Shown: positions 1-13,300, counted from the stretch's first letter. The stretch: 64,000 bases of DNA from the human T2T-CHM13v2.0 reference genome, Homo sapiens (GCF_009914755.1 NC_060932.1); one strand, 5' to 3'. The notes: generated by a model from the sequence alone, not told the origin. Program-made: numbers and translations.

Positions 1-9
1 GGACCTGTT

Positions 10-170
10 AACATTTAATCTTCATTAAAATCCTATGAAATTAGGCAAAATTATCTCCATTTTGCTGACATGGAAACCAAGACAGAGATTATTTATTGGC
101 CCACGCTAACAAATAAGTGGAGACTAGATATGAACCCAAGCACTCTGGCTCCGAAGCCAACACTCCTAAT
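10..170 (+). mobile_element. MIR SINE fragment
   Basis: Degenerate MIR core: atttaatcttcat...attatctccattttgctgacatggaaacc...tgaacccaagcactctggctcc. Confidence 0.6.
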
Positions 171-1012
171 CCAGCGAACCACAAATGAACCTTCAAAGAA
201 GTTACTAACTAGGTTAACACTGGTTAAAGGCCAGTGAGTCCAAGACAACTTTATAAAAACTGAGATAGCTAAGGGACCATCCACTAGAGAAAGCCGGACC
301 TTAGAAGGATGAACAGGAAATAAACATATATGAGGTGTAATCTTGTAGGAGAACCTACTGGGTGCCCAGACCCCTAAGGTTGGTTAGGCCTTCCAGAGGA
401 GGATCCCTTGAAAGCAATGACATTTATAAGAAGTGAGTTTCCTAATCAGGTGTTAATCTGCATTTGAATAGGTTCCACCAGCTCACAAACATTTTCGTAC
501 CTATTATTGTTCCTCACAATCCTCTTATAAAACCAGATTGGTTATCCCACTTTACTCTGTTCTCTATGGGAATCCTGGTTCTCTGCAACCCCTCCCACAT
601 TTCCCCATCCTCCCTGGCCCCAGGCCACACTTACAATATGTGTCTGCATGGGCTATATATTTATATATTTTTTTTTAAAAAAAGCTTTGCTAAGTATCTC
701 TCTGTATATAAAGTGCTTATTCCTATCCCAATGAAGACTTCCCACATTTCATGCACCCACCCACCTGCACCTAGATTAAGCAAGCAATACACCATCTGTA
801 CAACTTCATTCCATAATTAGTCTTAATTCTGACCCTGCAGAGGCCACTGATGGCCCTCACTATTCCTCTAAAACCTGGAAGCCAAACAGGCTCTGACATC
901 TTCTGAGGCACAACTACCCTTCATGACACTGGATGTGCTAACACTGGGAACTGTACTCTCTATCTACCAAAGCAGTAAGACAAAACTGAATTTATAACTT
1001 AAAAACCCTCTG

Positions 1013-1150
1013 GAGGCAGTGGGTCATGCCTGTAATCCCAACTATTCAGGGGACTGAGGCAGTAGGATTGCTTGAGGCCAGGAGTTCAGTAACATGCTGG
1101 GGAATACAGGCTGGTGTGGATCTCATCTCTACAAAGGAAAATTAAAAAAT
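1013..1150 (+). mobile_element. Alu monomer (FLAM/AluJ-like fragment)
   Basis: gcagtgggtcatgcctgtaatcccaac...ttgaggccaggagttca followed by an A-rich tail. Confidence 0.7.
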
Positions 1151-2160
1151 AAACTCTTTGGCTCTACCTAGATATCCATGTACTATTTCAAAATATTGAC
1201 CCAACTGCTAAGACAAAAAACATCTAGCAAAACACTGATACAATCATAAATATGTAAAATGATTTTTATAAACGATCATCTTGATTTCTCTCCAAAATTC
1301 ACTGACCCTAAACAAACTTACTAAGCCAGAGAAATAGGTCCCAAAACCAGGAACAAAGAACTCAAAGAAATTCTATTTGTCTAGCAACTTTCGAATATTA
1401 AAAAGCAATAAATGACTGTGGAGCAGTAGTACCAAAATAATTACTAAGGGAGCTGTTTCACAGTGTGTCAGACCTTTGACAACTAAATGAGGACCACAAA
1501 CATTTTTACTCTCATTCTATGTACTTCATGTTACACTCTACATTGTTCACTAGTCTAGGTGAAACAATACATGAAGTATAAAGGAATGTTATTTACAAAA
1601 AAACCTTTGAAGTTTTTGCCCATTAATTTCATCAGATGCTCTGAAATAATTTGCATCCCTGGGCACAAATTTCATGCCTTCCTTCATAATACCCACAGTA
1701 TGTAACAATTATTAGTAACTCACGTAAGTATGGCAAAAGATGCAAAACAAGAACACAAAAATGGAATGCAAAAGGAAAACAACACATTTACATGGCAGTT
1801 TATAAACAAGCGAAGGCCCGAGAAATAAATTTTAGCAACTAAATTCAATTTTTTCCATAAACCAAAGTTGGATTACCTTACCGACAAATCATGTACAAAT
1901 GCTTGTGAAACAGGCTTTCTTAGAATAAACCCATTTCGAATCACTCAGCACAGTTAAAAAACAAAAAATTAAAATCTTTTGTATAGAAAAGCCTTTTAAA
2001 AACCCAAGAGATGTCTTTCACACAGACTCGACCCTGATTTTGCACGAAATGGGCTGTTGATTTGGCTTAATTTTATCACACACCACACTTGCCACAGTAG
2101 TTAAGGGAAGACAGAGGCAGGCTAACAACAACAACAACAAATCACAAATACAACAATATA

Positions 2161-2225
2161 TTTCAATTTGAGAGCAGGTACTGTTTATTAACCAACCAGC
2201 TTAGAAAAATAATCATGGTAGACAC
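2161..2225 (-). other. RPL7: RPL7 exon 7 (non-coding 3'UTR exon)
   Basis: Minus-strand acceptor ttttttcctttcag|GTGTCTACC at 2226/2225; AATAAA within the exon; 3' end approximate. Confidence 0.9.
2184..2189 (-). terminator. RPL7: RPL7 polyadenylation signal AATAAA
   Basis: tttatt on the plus strand, followed on the minus strand by GT-rich downstream sequence (ttgttgtatttgtgatttgttg). Confidence 0.9.
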
Positions 2226-2563
2226 CTGAAAGGAAAAAAGAAAACCATTAGAAAACACTTTAGGCAGCTAACAATTAACATAAACTAGGCAGTTATAAAG
2301 TAATGATTGAGTTTACATTTTTAAGACCACCCAATTTCCATCTTTAAAGACTCCCCAAAACAGGCTTTTCCTTTCCTCCAGAAAGGTCCTCAAAAGCAGT
2401 AAACAAACCAACTGTAATCATTAAGATAGTTGACCCCCACTCCCCACAAAAGCACTGATTAAAATTCAAACCCCCATCAATATTTAATGGGAAAAGTATT
2501 CAAGATTACCACCACTTATACTCTAACATTAACTCAACCTTTCTCAGGATGAGGTCTCTCACC

Positions 2564-2791
<228 letters not shown>

Positions 2792-2988
2792 TTAAGATTA
2801 TTAAAGTTGCAAAAAGTTTTGAAATAATTATTCAAAATCTTTTTGAATAGGCTGTGAGATAAAAACATAACCAGGAATAAACAAGGTAAATGCATGGCTT
2901 TACAAAGATAAGGTTCAAGCTAATGAAACCATGTCTTACGTTTTCTTTTAAGCTAAATCAAGAATCATAGGGAACACATGAAGATTCA

Positions 2989-3219
<231 letters not shown>

Positions 3220-3292
3220 TTAAAACATCTAAAATTCATGTTGCTACATAACCAATTTATCAAATAGAAATCAAAGGAGAAAAGAGACTTAC

Positions 3293-3430
3293 CCCCATGC
3301 AATATATGGCTCTACAATCCTCAGCATGTTAATCGAAGCCTTGTTGAGCTTCACAAAGGTTCCATTGAAGATTTGACGAAGGCGAAGAAGCTGCAACACC
3401 TTTCGAACCTTTGGGCTCACTCCATTGATA
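3293..3430 (-). CDS. RPL7: RPL7 coding exon 4
   Basis: [45 protein letters not shown](G); cag acceptor, gtaagt donor; 138 nt. Confidence 0.97.
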
Positions 3431-3757
3431 CTGTGGTGAAAACGGACCAGAAATGCATTTGCCTTTCATCGAAATTTTTATTAATACTAACCATTATAGT
3501 TTTGAATATCGAATCCTACCTAAACAGATAGGAATCCTCTCATGTTACACACTGAATTTCTGTATTCTATTAAGAGAAGGGATAGGAGCTTGGGGAACAT
3601 GGCTTGCAACTAAACCATTAGTGATCAGCACCCTCCTTGTTCTAGCTTCCCCTAAAATATTGTTACTCCGGTGTTTCAGAATCAGGGCTCCCAGAAGTAA
3701 TGTGAAGGTTTTTTTTTTTTTTCCCATTCAAACCCGAATGCAGTAAAACTGAACTTA

Positions 3758-3943
<186 letters not shown>

Positions 3944-4208
3944 TTATTCATAATTTTTAGCTCAATCACAATTAGCAATGCCAATCATTAAAAAGAAAAC
4001 TACAACATGTTTCCTTTAAATCTTTTCTTGCCACAGTATGCAATTACATCCCCCACCAAAAAACCCCACTACCTTCAGATTGTAACATTAGGGAGCTAAG
4101 CAATTACTCAGTACAGTTAGGAAGTAAATCTTGCCAAGAACATTCACCTCATCCTCAATCCCAATAAGGCGCCTCCTTATGTGCTAGTGCCTCAAAAAGT
4201 TTACTTAC

Positions 4209-4317
4209 CATCTTTTGGGCAAACTTCTTTCTCAGGCGCTTGATCTTCAGCTCTGCGAAATTCCTTCGCTTTTTCTTAAGGGTTTCTGGCACAGCAGGAA
4301 CCTCCTTCTTCTTCTCT
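4209..4317 (-). CDS. RPL7: RPL7 coding exon 2
   Basis: [36 protein letters not shown]; tag acceptor, gtaagt donor; 109 nt. Confidence 0.97.
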
Positions 4318-5118
4318 CTAACGTTAATAAACAAAAATGTTATCAATAGCTCAAAAAGCTCACAGCGCTGTATTACTCCCGTACTGAGCAGTGTTGTTTA
4401 CCAGAAATGCTGTCACTGACTTTAGTCACTAGTAACTTTACTTGCTCTGGCATGCTACAGTGTACGATGCATATTTTAGCTCCATGTCAATAACCTTTAA
4501 CACCATGTTGCCTAAAACGCAATCACAAATATGACAATAGCAATACGTTTTTCCCTATTTCAACCAAGAGGCCCGGCCTCCGACGACTAATTAAAAAAAA
4601 AAACAAAAAAAACACACCAACACCCGAATAACAAAATGTACTAGCTGAAAGACTACTGCAAGGCACTGACCCCGAGACTTTAAGCGCAAAAATTAAAAAA
4701 TAAAAATAAAAAAAAAACAAGCCACCACCACTCTGGTTCAATCAGGATCCACATGTTGAAAGCAAAGGCCTGGCGGCAGGGAGGCCTGTACCAAGCACCA
4801 GCCAAGGACGAACACAATTCAGAGGTTCTGCGCCTCCCCCGAAAGACCCTCTACCGAGGACTGGGCCGTCAGCCAACCGACGGGTTCCACACACATTCCA
4901 ACCCGACATCTCGTTCCCGGGATCTCCAAAACCTCCGTCCTAAGACCGCCCGCATCCCAACCCTAGCCTCAGGTCCCCACTGGTGTCACACAGCGTTCAC
5001 AATCAAGCAGGGAGGTGGGCAAAGGTGCAAGCTACGGCCAGAGAGAGAAAAAGTGACACAAAAAGTATCTGGCTCTGGAGATGGAGAAGGATTCTCAAGA
5101 GGACCAGAAGCAACTCAC

Positions 5119-5132
5119 TCTACACCCTCCAT
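5119..5132 (-). CDS. RPL7: RPL7 coding exon 1 (ATG GAG GGT GTA GA)
   Basis: ACCATGG Kozak context; gtgagt donor at 5118-5113. Confidence 0.96.
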
Positions 5133-5142
5133 GGTTCCAGCC

Positions 5143-5156
5143 GGAAAAAGAGGAAG
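5143..5156 (-). promoter_or_regulatory. RPL7: 5'TOP / TCT initiator of RPL7
   Basis: Minus strand CTTCCTCTTTTTCC ending ~10 nt before the ATG; typical ribosomal-protein start site. Confidence 0.9.
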
Positions 5157-5159
5157 TTG

Positions 5160-5195
5160 GCGCATGCGTACTGTCCACTTAAAGACTTCGCGAGA
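5160..5195. promoter_or_regulatory. NRF1-like (GCGCATGCGT, 5160-5169) and BANP/ZBTB33-type (TCGCGAGA, 5188-5195) motifs
   Basis: Direct motif matches just upstream of the RPL7 start; both are common in housekeeping and ribosomal-protein promoters. Confidence 0.65.
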
Positions 5196-5480
5196 GAAGC
5201 CCCACGACTCATAGGTGTCTTAGAATAAGCCGGAAAAGAATCCAGAACTAAAAAGCCGCCTTGCAGACGCAAAGAACTCCCTGATTTAGCCTCTTTCAAC
5301 AAACTTTCGGGTAAAACTTGTTTGAAGAAAATATATGCATTTGATTAGACTTTTTAATCAATTCAAGAGCAAAGAGTGCTGACACCTTGGCAACTCCGGG
5401 TCCTAATCCCCAGGCTGCGCTGACAGGATTAGGCTCCGTTCCTCCCCATAATGTTCCCAGGACGAGCCTCATGGGGACGA

Positions 5481-5500
5481 ACTACAAATCCCAGCATGCA
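5481..5500 (+). promoter_or_regulatory. ZNF143 (SBS)/THAP11-type motif
   Basis: ACTACAAATCCCAGCATGCA matches the ACTACAnnTCCCAGnATGC consensus enriched in bidirectional promoters. Confidence 0.75.
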
Positions 5501-6093
5501 CCAGTCTTCGCCCGCCCGGCGGGAGGGCAACGGCTGACCAGGACCGCAGGCAAGCACCGCGGCGACGGTTCCAGCCAGGAAAATGAGAGCCTCTTGGGCC
5601 ACGTTCCAAACGGCTAGCTGCAATTCGAAGTCACTTTTGGCCGCCCTCCCGGCTCCCTGCCGCGGTAGTCGCAGACTACACCCCTTTCGCCGCTCCGCGA
5701 GGTCCTTGTCGTCGCTCCAGCCCACAGGGCTGTCTTCCGCAGCGCCTGATCGCAGGCGGGGCGGTCTGGAGTGCTCTAGCTTACGAAAAGTGGCTAGCCA
5801 GGGACCAGTGGGGACCGGACGGCCGGAGGAGGATGGCCGGGGCTCTGCTGACTGCCGAGCTCGGCAGGCGGAGGCCAGGACACCCCACGGGAGGGGGCGT
5901 GAGCTGCGAAGGGAGGTGCGAGGAGGGCTGAGGTTGCGGCCACGGCCGTGTGAGAGGGGCTACCCGGCTCGGCTCCGCGGACGGCTGGCGGGCTGGGGGC
6001 TGGGCCGGGGGCGGGGTGCGCCCGGGGGCGGGGAGGCCGGGCGGAGGGAGGGCCGATGCCGAGGCTGGCGCGGGCTCTTCCCGGTCGCGGGGT

Positions 6094-6100
6094 TATATAG
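6094..6100 (+). promoter_or_regulatory. RDH10: Probable RDH10 TATA-like box
   Basis: TATATAG is an isolated AT patch in the island, downstream of GC boxes at ~6005-6050; implies a start near 6125. Confidence 0.65.
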
Positions 6101-6455
6101 CGCGGAGCGTGGAGCCCGCTCAGAGCCGGCCCGGAGCGCTCTGACTTGCAAGCGGGCTGCGCTGCGGAGCCCAGTGCCCGAGTGACACCCGCGGAGAGTG
6201 CAGGGCCGGGGAACGCGAGCCCTCGGGGGCAGCTGCAAGGCGTTGGGCAGCGCTTGCCTGCGCCGAGCGAGTCTCCCCTTCCCGGCGCTCCGCCGCCCCG
6301 CACCCCACTCTCCCACCCTCTCGCAACTTGGGTCGAGTTGACAACTCCCGCGGCAGCCCGCTGGCCCGTGCCGCCTCCGCTGCGCACCCCTCCCCCGGGG
6401 TGAGAGGGAGCCGGCGCGCCGGTTCCGGGGACGCTCGGGCGGCAGCAGCTTGGCC

Positions 6456-6479
6456 ATGAGGGCAGTTCGAGTAGTCTAA
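6456..6479 (+). other. Upstream ORF in the RDH10 5'UTR (MRAVRVV*)
   Basis: GCC-ATG AGG GCA GTT CGA GTA GTC TAA; the only ATG I found between the TATA box and the main start codon. Confidence 0.6.
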
Positions 6480-6809
6480 CTCGCGGCTGTCACCGCCACT
6501 GCAGCGGAGCCGGCCGGCCGGGCGCTGCGGGACGGGCGGGCGGCTGCCGGCAGGAGGCGCCGAGCCGGGTGACTGCCGCGGCGGGCACAGTCCGGGGCCA
6601 CAGCGCCGAGCCCGGGCGGGAGTGGCCCCGCGCAGGCAGGGAGCGGCGCCGCGCACTCCAACCCGGCGGGCACCTCGGGGGCGGGCGCGGGGCGCAGCCT
6701 TCTCGTCCCGGCCTCTGTGACAAGCGCCCCGGAGCCGGGAGCCCGATTGCCGGGCTCGGGGTGGGCGCGGACGCAGGCACTGGGCTCGTGCGGGGCCCCG
6801 GGCGTCGCG

Positions 6810-7098
6810 ATGAACATCGTGGTGGAGTTCTTCGTGGTCACTTTCAAAGTGCTCTGGGCGTTCGTGCTGGCCGCGGCGCGCTGGCTGGTGCGGCCCAAGG
6901 AGAAGAGCGTGGCGGGCCAGGTGTGCCTCATCACCGGCGCCGGCAGCGGCCTGGGCCGCCTCTTCGCGCTGGAGTTCGCCCGGCGTCGGGCGCTGCTGGT
7001 GCTGTGGGACATCAACACGCAAAGCAACGAGGAGACGGCTGGCATGGTGCGCCACATCTACCGCGACCTGGAGGCGGCCGACGCCGCTGCGCTGCAAG
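6810..7098 (+). CDS. RDH10: RDH10 coding exon 1
   Basis: [56 protein letters not shown]...AAALQ; hydrophobic N-terminus; AAG|gtaacc donor. Confidence 0.97.
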
Positions 7099-8713
7099 GT
7101 AACCTGGACCCGCGCGGGAGCATTGTTGGGTCAAGCCTCTTTCCACCCCGCGCCCTACCACGGCAGGCCCCAAACCCCGCTGCCTGGTCAGCCCCGCTGT
7201 GGAGGAAAGGAACACCCCACCGGTCTTTTGGGAGACGAGTGGAATTCGCTTCCTGATAAAGGAACGCGATCACTTCTGTATTACCAGGGAGAAGGTGCCC
7301 TGTCCTCGCGGAGGTTCGGTCTCTGGGGACCACGGCGGGGGGAGGGGGCGGGTTTCCTAAGCCCTCCGGGGTAGGGAAGGCGGAGGGAACTTGTTACCAC
7401 AGGTTTGGATCCCAAAGAAATGTCTTGCTCCGACTTACAAGCGGCGCGATGGGAAACTGAAGCGTCTTTGGGAAGTTGTTCTGACTAGACTGAAGAAGTG
7501 TCTGTCTTACTGTGGTCTGAACCCCTTAGACGAGGGCAGTATTGACGGTTTCATTATAAGTTTAGCCTGAGGAACATAATTACATTGTTTCGCCAGCGAT
7601 AAGTGCTTTAGTTACATTCCCTGAGCGTGATTGAAAGACGCCTTGCTTCCTAAGAGAAAGCTCTTGGAGGATTTAGGCTTCGTTGTAAATTTCTTCCATG
7701 TTTTTGATCACCCCAGAAAATCTGCATTTCTGAATACTTATTAACTAACCTGAATCTGAGTTGTTTTTTTTTTTAAGCCAAAGCAAAGTCCATAACCAAC
7801 CATAAATATTGGTTCAGGAAATTTGATAATGGCTGTTGGTTTTTAACAAAATTTTTCATTTTTAGGGAAAACATTTACCTGTACGGAGAAAATTGACTTG
7901 GGCACTTCTCCCCTGTATTGATAATTTATCATCAAACTTATTGATACCTGCGTTTTTAATTTAAGGGTGAAAATGTACCATTTTCATTGGTGGTATGGAG
8001 GTGTAGCAAATACAGATTTTTGTGCTCCCTGCCGAAACCTAAAAGATAAGGGTATTCATTTTCCAGGATACCGATTTTGGTTTTTAAATTGTCAAGTTCT
8101 TATGCGGTAAAATTGCATATTTACCTGTAACTTGATTTGTGAGAGTACTTCTTAGAGGAGTCAGCCCAGTTAGAACAAGCCAGTGATCCCTATTTCTTCA
8201 TTAAAAATTGTGGATTCATTTCTTGGCTTTGGATGAGTTCAGATTATTAATTGCAGTTTTGATTTGTGAGCCTTGAAGTGAGTTTCCATTTTGAGGGTTC
8301 TCATACTAAAGACTAAGAGCTGTTTCTCTTGGGCCACTGTTTCCCCAAAAAAAGAGGAGTGTGTAGTGTGTGTGTGTTGTTCTCTGAGCTCTGGGCTGAG
8401 ATCAGTTCTTTGCAGGTGTCTTTAGCTCCAGCAAGCTGATCCCATGTGGTCTACTTGTATTGGGCTTGTCACAATTACATGACTTTCCCCTAAGCAAAGT
8501 TATCCAGTAAATTGCTGTAATTCCCAAAGACTTCATGGGAGGAAGGCAGCTGTAAAGCTCAGTCGTTGGCAAGCCTTGCAGCGTTAGAAATTTGAAGCTC
8601 ACTGTAGTATTTTTGTTTTGTGTGATCTTTGTCCTACTGATCGCCATGTGACTCACTTTCTGCACTTCCTTCTCTTTTGCATGTTTTCTCCTCATCTGGA
8701 CTTCTGAGGACAG

Positions 8714-8949
8714 CTGGGAATGGTGAGGAAGAAATTCTGCCCCACTGTAACTTGCAGGTTTTTACCTACACCTGTGACGTGGGGAAGAGGGAGAACGTCT
8801 ACCTGACGGCTGAAAGAGTCCGCAAGGAGGTTGGCGAAGTCTCAGTCCTGGTCAATAATGCTGGTGTGGTCTCTGGGCATCACCTTCTGGAATGTCCTGA
8901 TGAGCTCATTGAGAGAACCATGATGGTCAATTGCCATGCACACTTCTGG
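8714..8949 (+). CDS. RDH10: RDH10 coding exon 2
   Basis: (A)[23 protein letters not shown]...[10 protein letters not shown]...NCHAHFW; cag acceptor, gtaaat donor; 236 nt. Confidence 0.97.
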
Positions 8950-10014
8950 GTAAATATAAACATCCTTGTTTTCTTTGCTGGGCCCTCCTTAATGAGAAGG
9001 TTGGGAAGGGGAGAGACTTCAGTGCCAGCCCGAAAGCAACCTGTACTCTTTCGCCACAAGGTCTCCTTAGCTCTTCCCTATGGTAAACTGCAGTGTATGC
9101 TGGTTACTGTTAGTCGTTTTGTCCCCGCCCACCCCCCCGCCACCCCTAACTCAGTATTTTTGAGAGGGCAGAGGATTGAACATTTTGAACTAGTTTGAAA
9201 GATTGCCATAAAAATAACACGAAGGAGCGTAAAACCCTGGGTTTGTTTATTTTACTTTCTGTTGAGTTTATAAAACATTGGTTGTTCTTATGAATTTCTA
9301 AAGTCAGGATTTAGGCTTCCAAATTACTGCTCAGCCACATTTTGGAAAGTGCCAAAGATTCTGAAATCAACATTTGTGGTCTGTTGGGAGTGCCCAGGCC
9401 ACCCTGGCAGTCACTTCGCATCTCCTGACCATCCACTGGGTCCAGGGCATCTTCCTGTTGCAGGACGCTTCGGGACTCTCTCGGGTTAGACAGTGCCTCG
9501 CAAATATCACCCTAATAGGACCCTAGAGAGGGAGGCGAGGTGGTGAAACCTGGTAAGCTGGGGATTTAAACAATGTCCGCTTCTAACCATTAAACAATGT
9601 CATGATCTACGGAGGGGAGCAGGGCCTTCTGCTGCTCTAGGGGCAAAAGTAACCCCAGTTTTTCATCTCAACTTGTCTTCAGTAAAGGTAGGTGTGACTC
9701 TGTCCCCTATAACTGCACACTGCTGACCCACTTTATGCTCTTTTTCCTCACAGTATTTTCCCTTTCCTTTTGTAGACAGATACGATTCAATAAAGAAGGA
9801 GTAAAGAAATAGGATTCTACTTTTTTTTTCCATAGGCGGATTAGCCTTCTAATAGAACACAACAAAGAACTGTTTCTCCTAAATAGGTCACATTAAACCT
9901 CATTAATTTTTTAGCAACTGCTTAAAAACTTAATCTGGCATTAAAAGTACTTATTCAAATGTTGCACCTCAAGCATCAAACCTTTTCTCTGCTCTTGGAG
10001 GAAGCTTATTTTAA

Positions 10015-10633
<619 letters not shown>

Positions 10634-12486
10634 TGAACTTTATTTAATTCATTTACAAACCTCTAGAAATGAATATATAAATGACCTGAGCTTATATATG
10701 TTTTAAACAAGTAAGGAAATCACCAAATACAGTTTGGGCAACTTCAGCTTGCCTGTAGGTGTGTGTTGTGTTCAGTGGGGGTGGGGAACTGAATTAAAGT
10801 CCTTGCTGTGGCTGGGTCCCCAGGAACAGGCAGCAGGTGTCAAAGGGGTGGTTAGATGAATAAAAGGCAGTCCAACCAAATAAACTTGACATAGAATTTA
10901 TCAAGAATCTTGTGTGTTTATGACTAATCCTGAGTAAAACAACTACCATTTGAAATAAAAGACATACATAAGTGGGAGGCGAAGTGTCATTTTCATATTT
11001 GAAGAATGGTAAAGATGAAGCTGCCGTAAAAACTGCAGTTGATTTAAGTCAGCCCTAAACAGTTACAGCACTATCAGTAGGTTCATTATGAACCGCAGAT
11101 ACTGACTGGGATTGTTTTCTCCCGTAACCTTTGACTAAGATGATGCAAGACTACATAACTAAACTTTTACCTACACCAGGTATTCTAAAGTTTAGCCATC
11201 TTGCCTACTTTGTCTGCATGATTATTTTGCTTAATTGTAAAATTTTAAGTGTAATCAGGTTTTTAAGAAACCCCATACAATCTGCAGTTAAATACTTAAA
11301 ACAAGAAACCAGCTCCAGGAAGACATCTGATAAAATGAATGCTAATTTAGTGTGTGTAAAGCACAGAAAATTCATAGCCTTAGCTTTGAAAATGCACATA
11401 AATTGATATACCGTCTTTCTAATATTAGGCTACTTTTTAACATAAGGAGGAAGTCAAATCAAATCTCTAAATAGAAAAATTATTCTGGACCTGAATCTGT
11501 ATACCAGGGAGGAGCATAGCACCTTCCTAGAGTCATCACCGTGCTTTGAGATGTTGCTTAACCACACAATTTAAGGAGTTCTTGGAAGCCTTGATGGTAA
11601 TGACGTCACTTTGTATTAAAATATGGGAGGCTCCTGAATTCTCCAGCTGTTTTTCCCCTAAGCATCTAAACTTAAGAATTTATTTTCAATATTGAGTCAG
11701 AAAATTCATTTTAGAGTTGGAATTTCTGACTTCTTGCTGAAATTTACAAATCTTTTGAGAAGTTTTGATTCAGCAACCAAAATTTAAAGGAAAATTCAGT
11801 ATAGATTTTACAGTGAATTTTTTAACAGGGGTTAAGGAGTGTCACAAGAGCCACCTGAATTCAGCTTCCCTTCCAGTAGTCCTCTTATGCGAAGCGTTGG
11901 TGGCAACTTTTCAAAGATGTGTTGACGTTGGCATGTGCTGTTTTCCTTCTAGAAAAAATAATGAGTGTGTCTTTTTACTGTATCTGGGTATGGAAAAGAA
12001 GTTACCCCATACATTTTTAAAAGTCCATCAGCTGAGCAAAGAACTGTTCAGTCATTTGAACAGATCATCCTGAACCAGACATTTAAGTAACCGTTAATAT
12101 CTGTTTTCAGCAGTTAATACCTGTATTTCAACAAGTAGTATGTTGATCCTGACTCAGAGCAAAAGTGAGTGAAATAGAAAACCATGTGGACTTCCACTGA
12201 AAAGCTGTGGGCACTCCCAAACCAGTCCACATGCTATTCCCTCTACCTGAAACACCCTCTTCCTCCATTCCACGTGTCTTTTAAGGTGTAGCTCAAGTTT
12301 CAATATAACCTTTCCTTCCCACTGCAGCACTTCTGGCATTTTTGGATATTAGAGTTGCAAGAATCCAGAGACCTTCTTGTTCAACCCTTTGTTTTCCAGT
12401 GAAGTTGGGGTTAAATGACTCATCTAAGGTTTTTCTTTTCTTTCCATTAATCTCTCACAGCATTTGTTATCATTCTCCCAAAGTAG

Positions 12487-12915
<429 letters not shown>

Positions 12916-12970
12916 TTAGAAGATAACCTATTCAGAGAATACTCACATGGGTCTATGTTCTGAAGTTTTA

Positions 12971-13300
<330 letters not shown>

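Larger units (their letters stand above)
4780..7460. promoter_or_regulatory. CpG island / divergent promoter shared by RPL7 and RDH10
   Basis: Very high GC and CpG content; two start sites ~1 kb apart facing away from each other; multiple GGGCGG boxes. Confidence 0.9.

Noticed and set aside
6717-6809. In-frame GTG-initiated N-terminal extension of RDH10
   Set aside because: Poor context (T at -3); it would displace the N-terminal hydrophobic anchor; open frames are expected in GC-rich UTRs
6120-7097. 325-aa minus-strand ORF and other long ORFs between 4753 and 7374
   Set aside because: Stop-poor shadows of a very GC-rich island and of the RDH10 CDS; Arg/Pro/Gly/Ala-rich, mostly non-ATG starts, no recognisable domain
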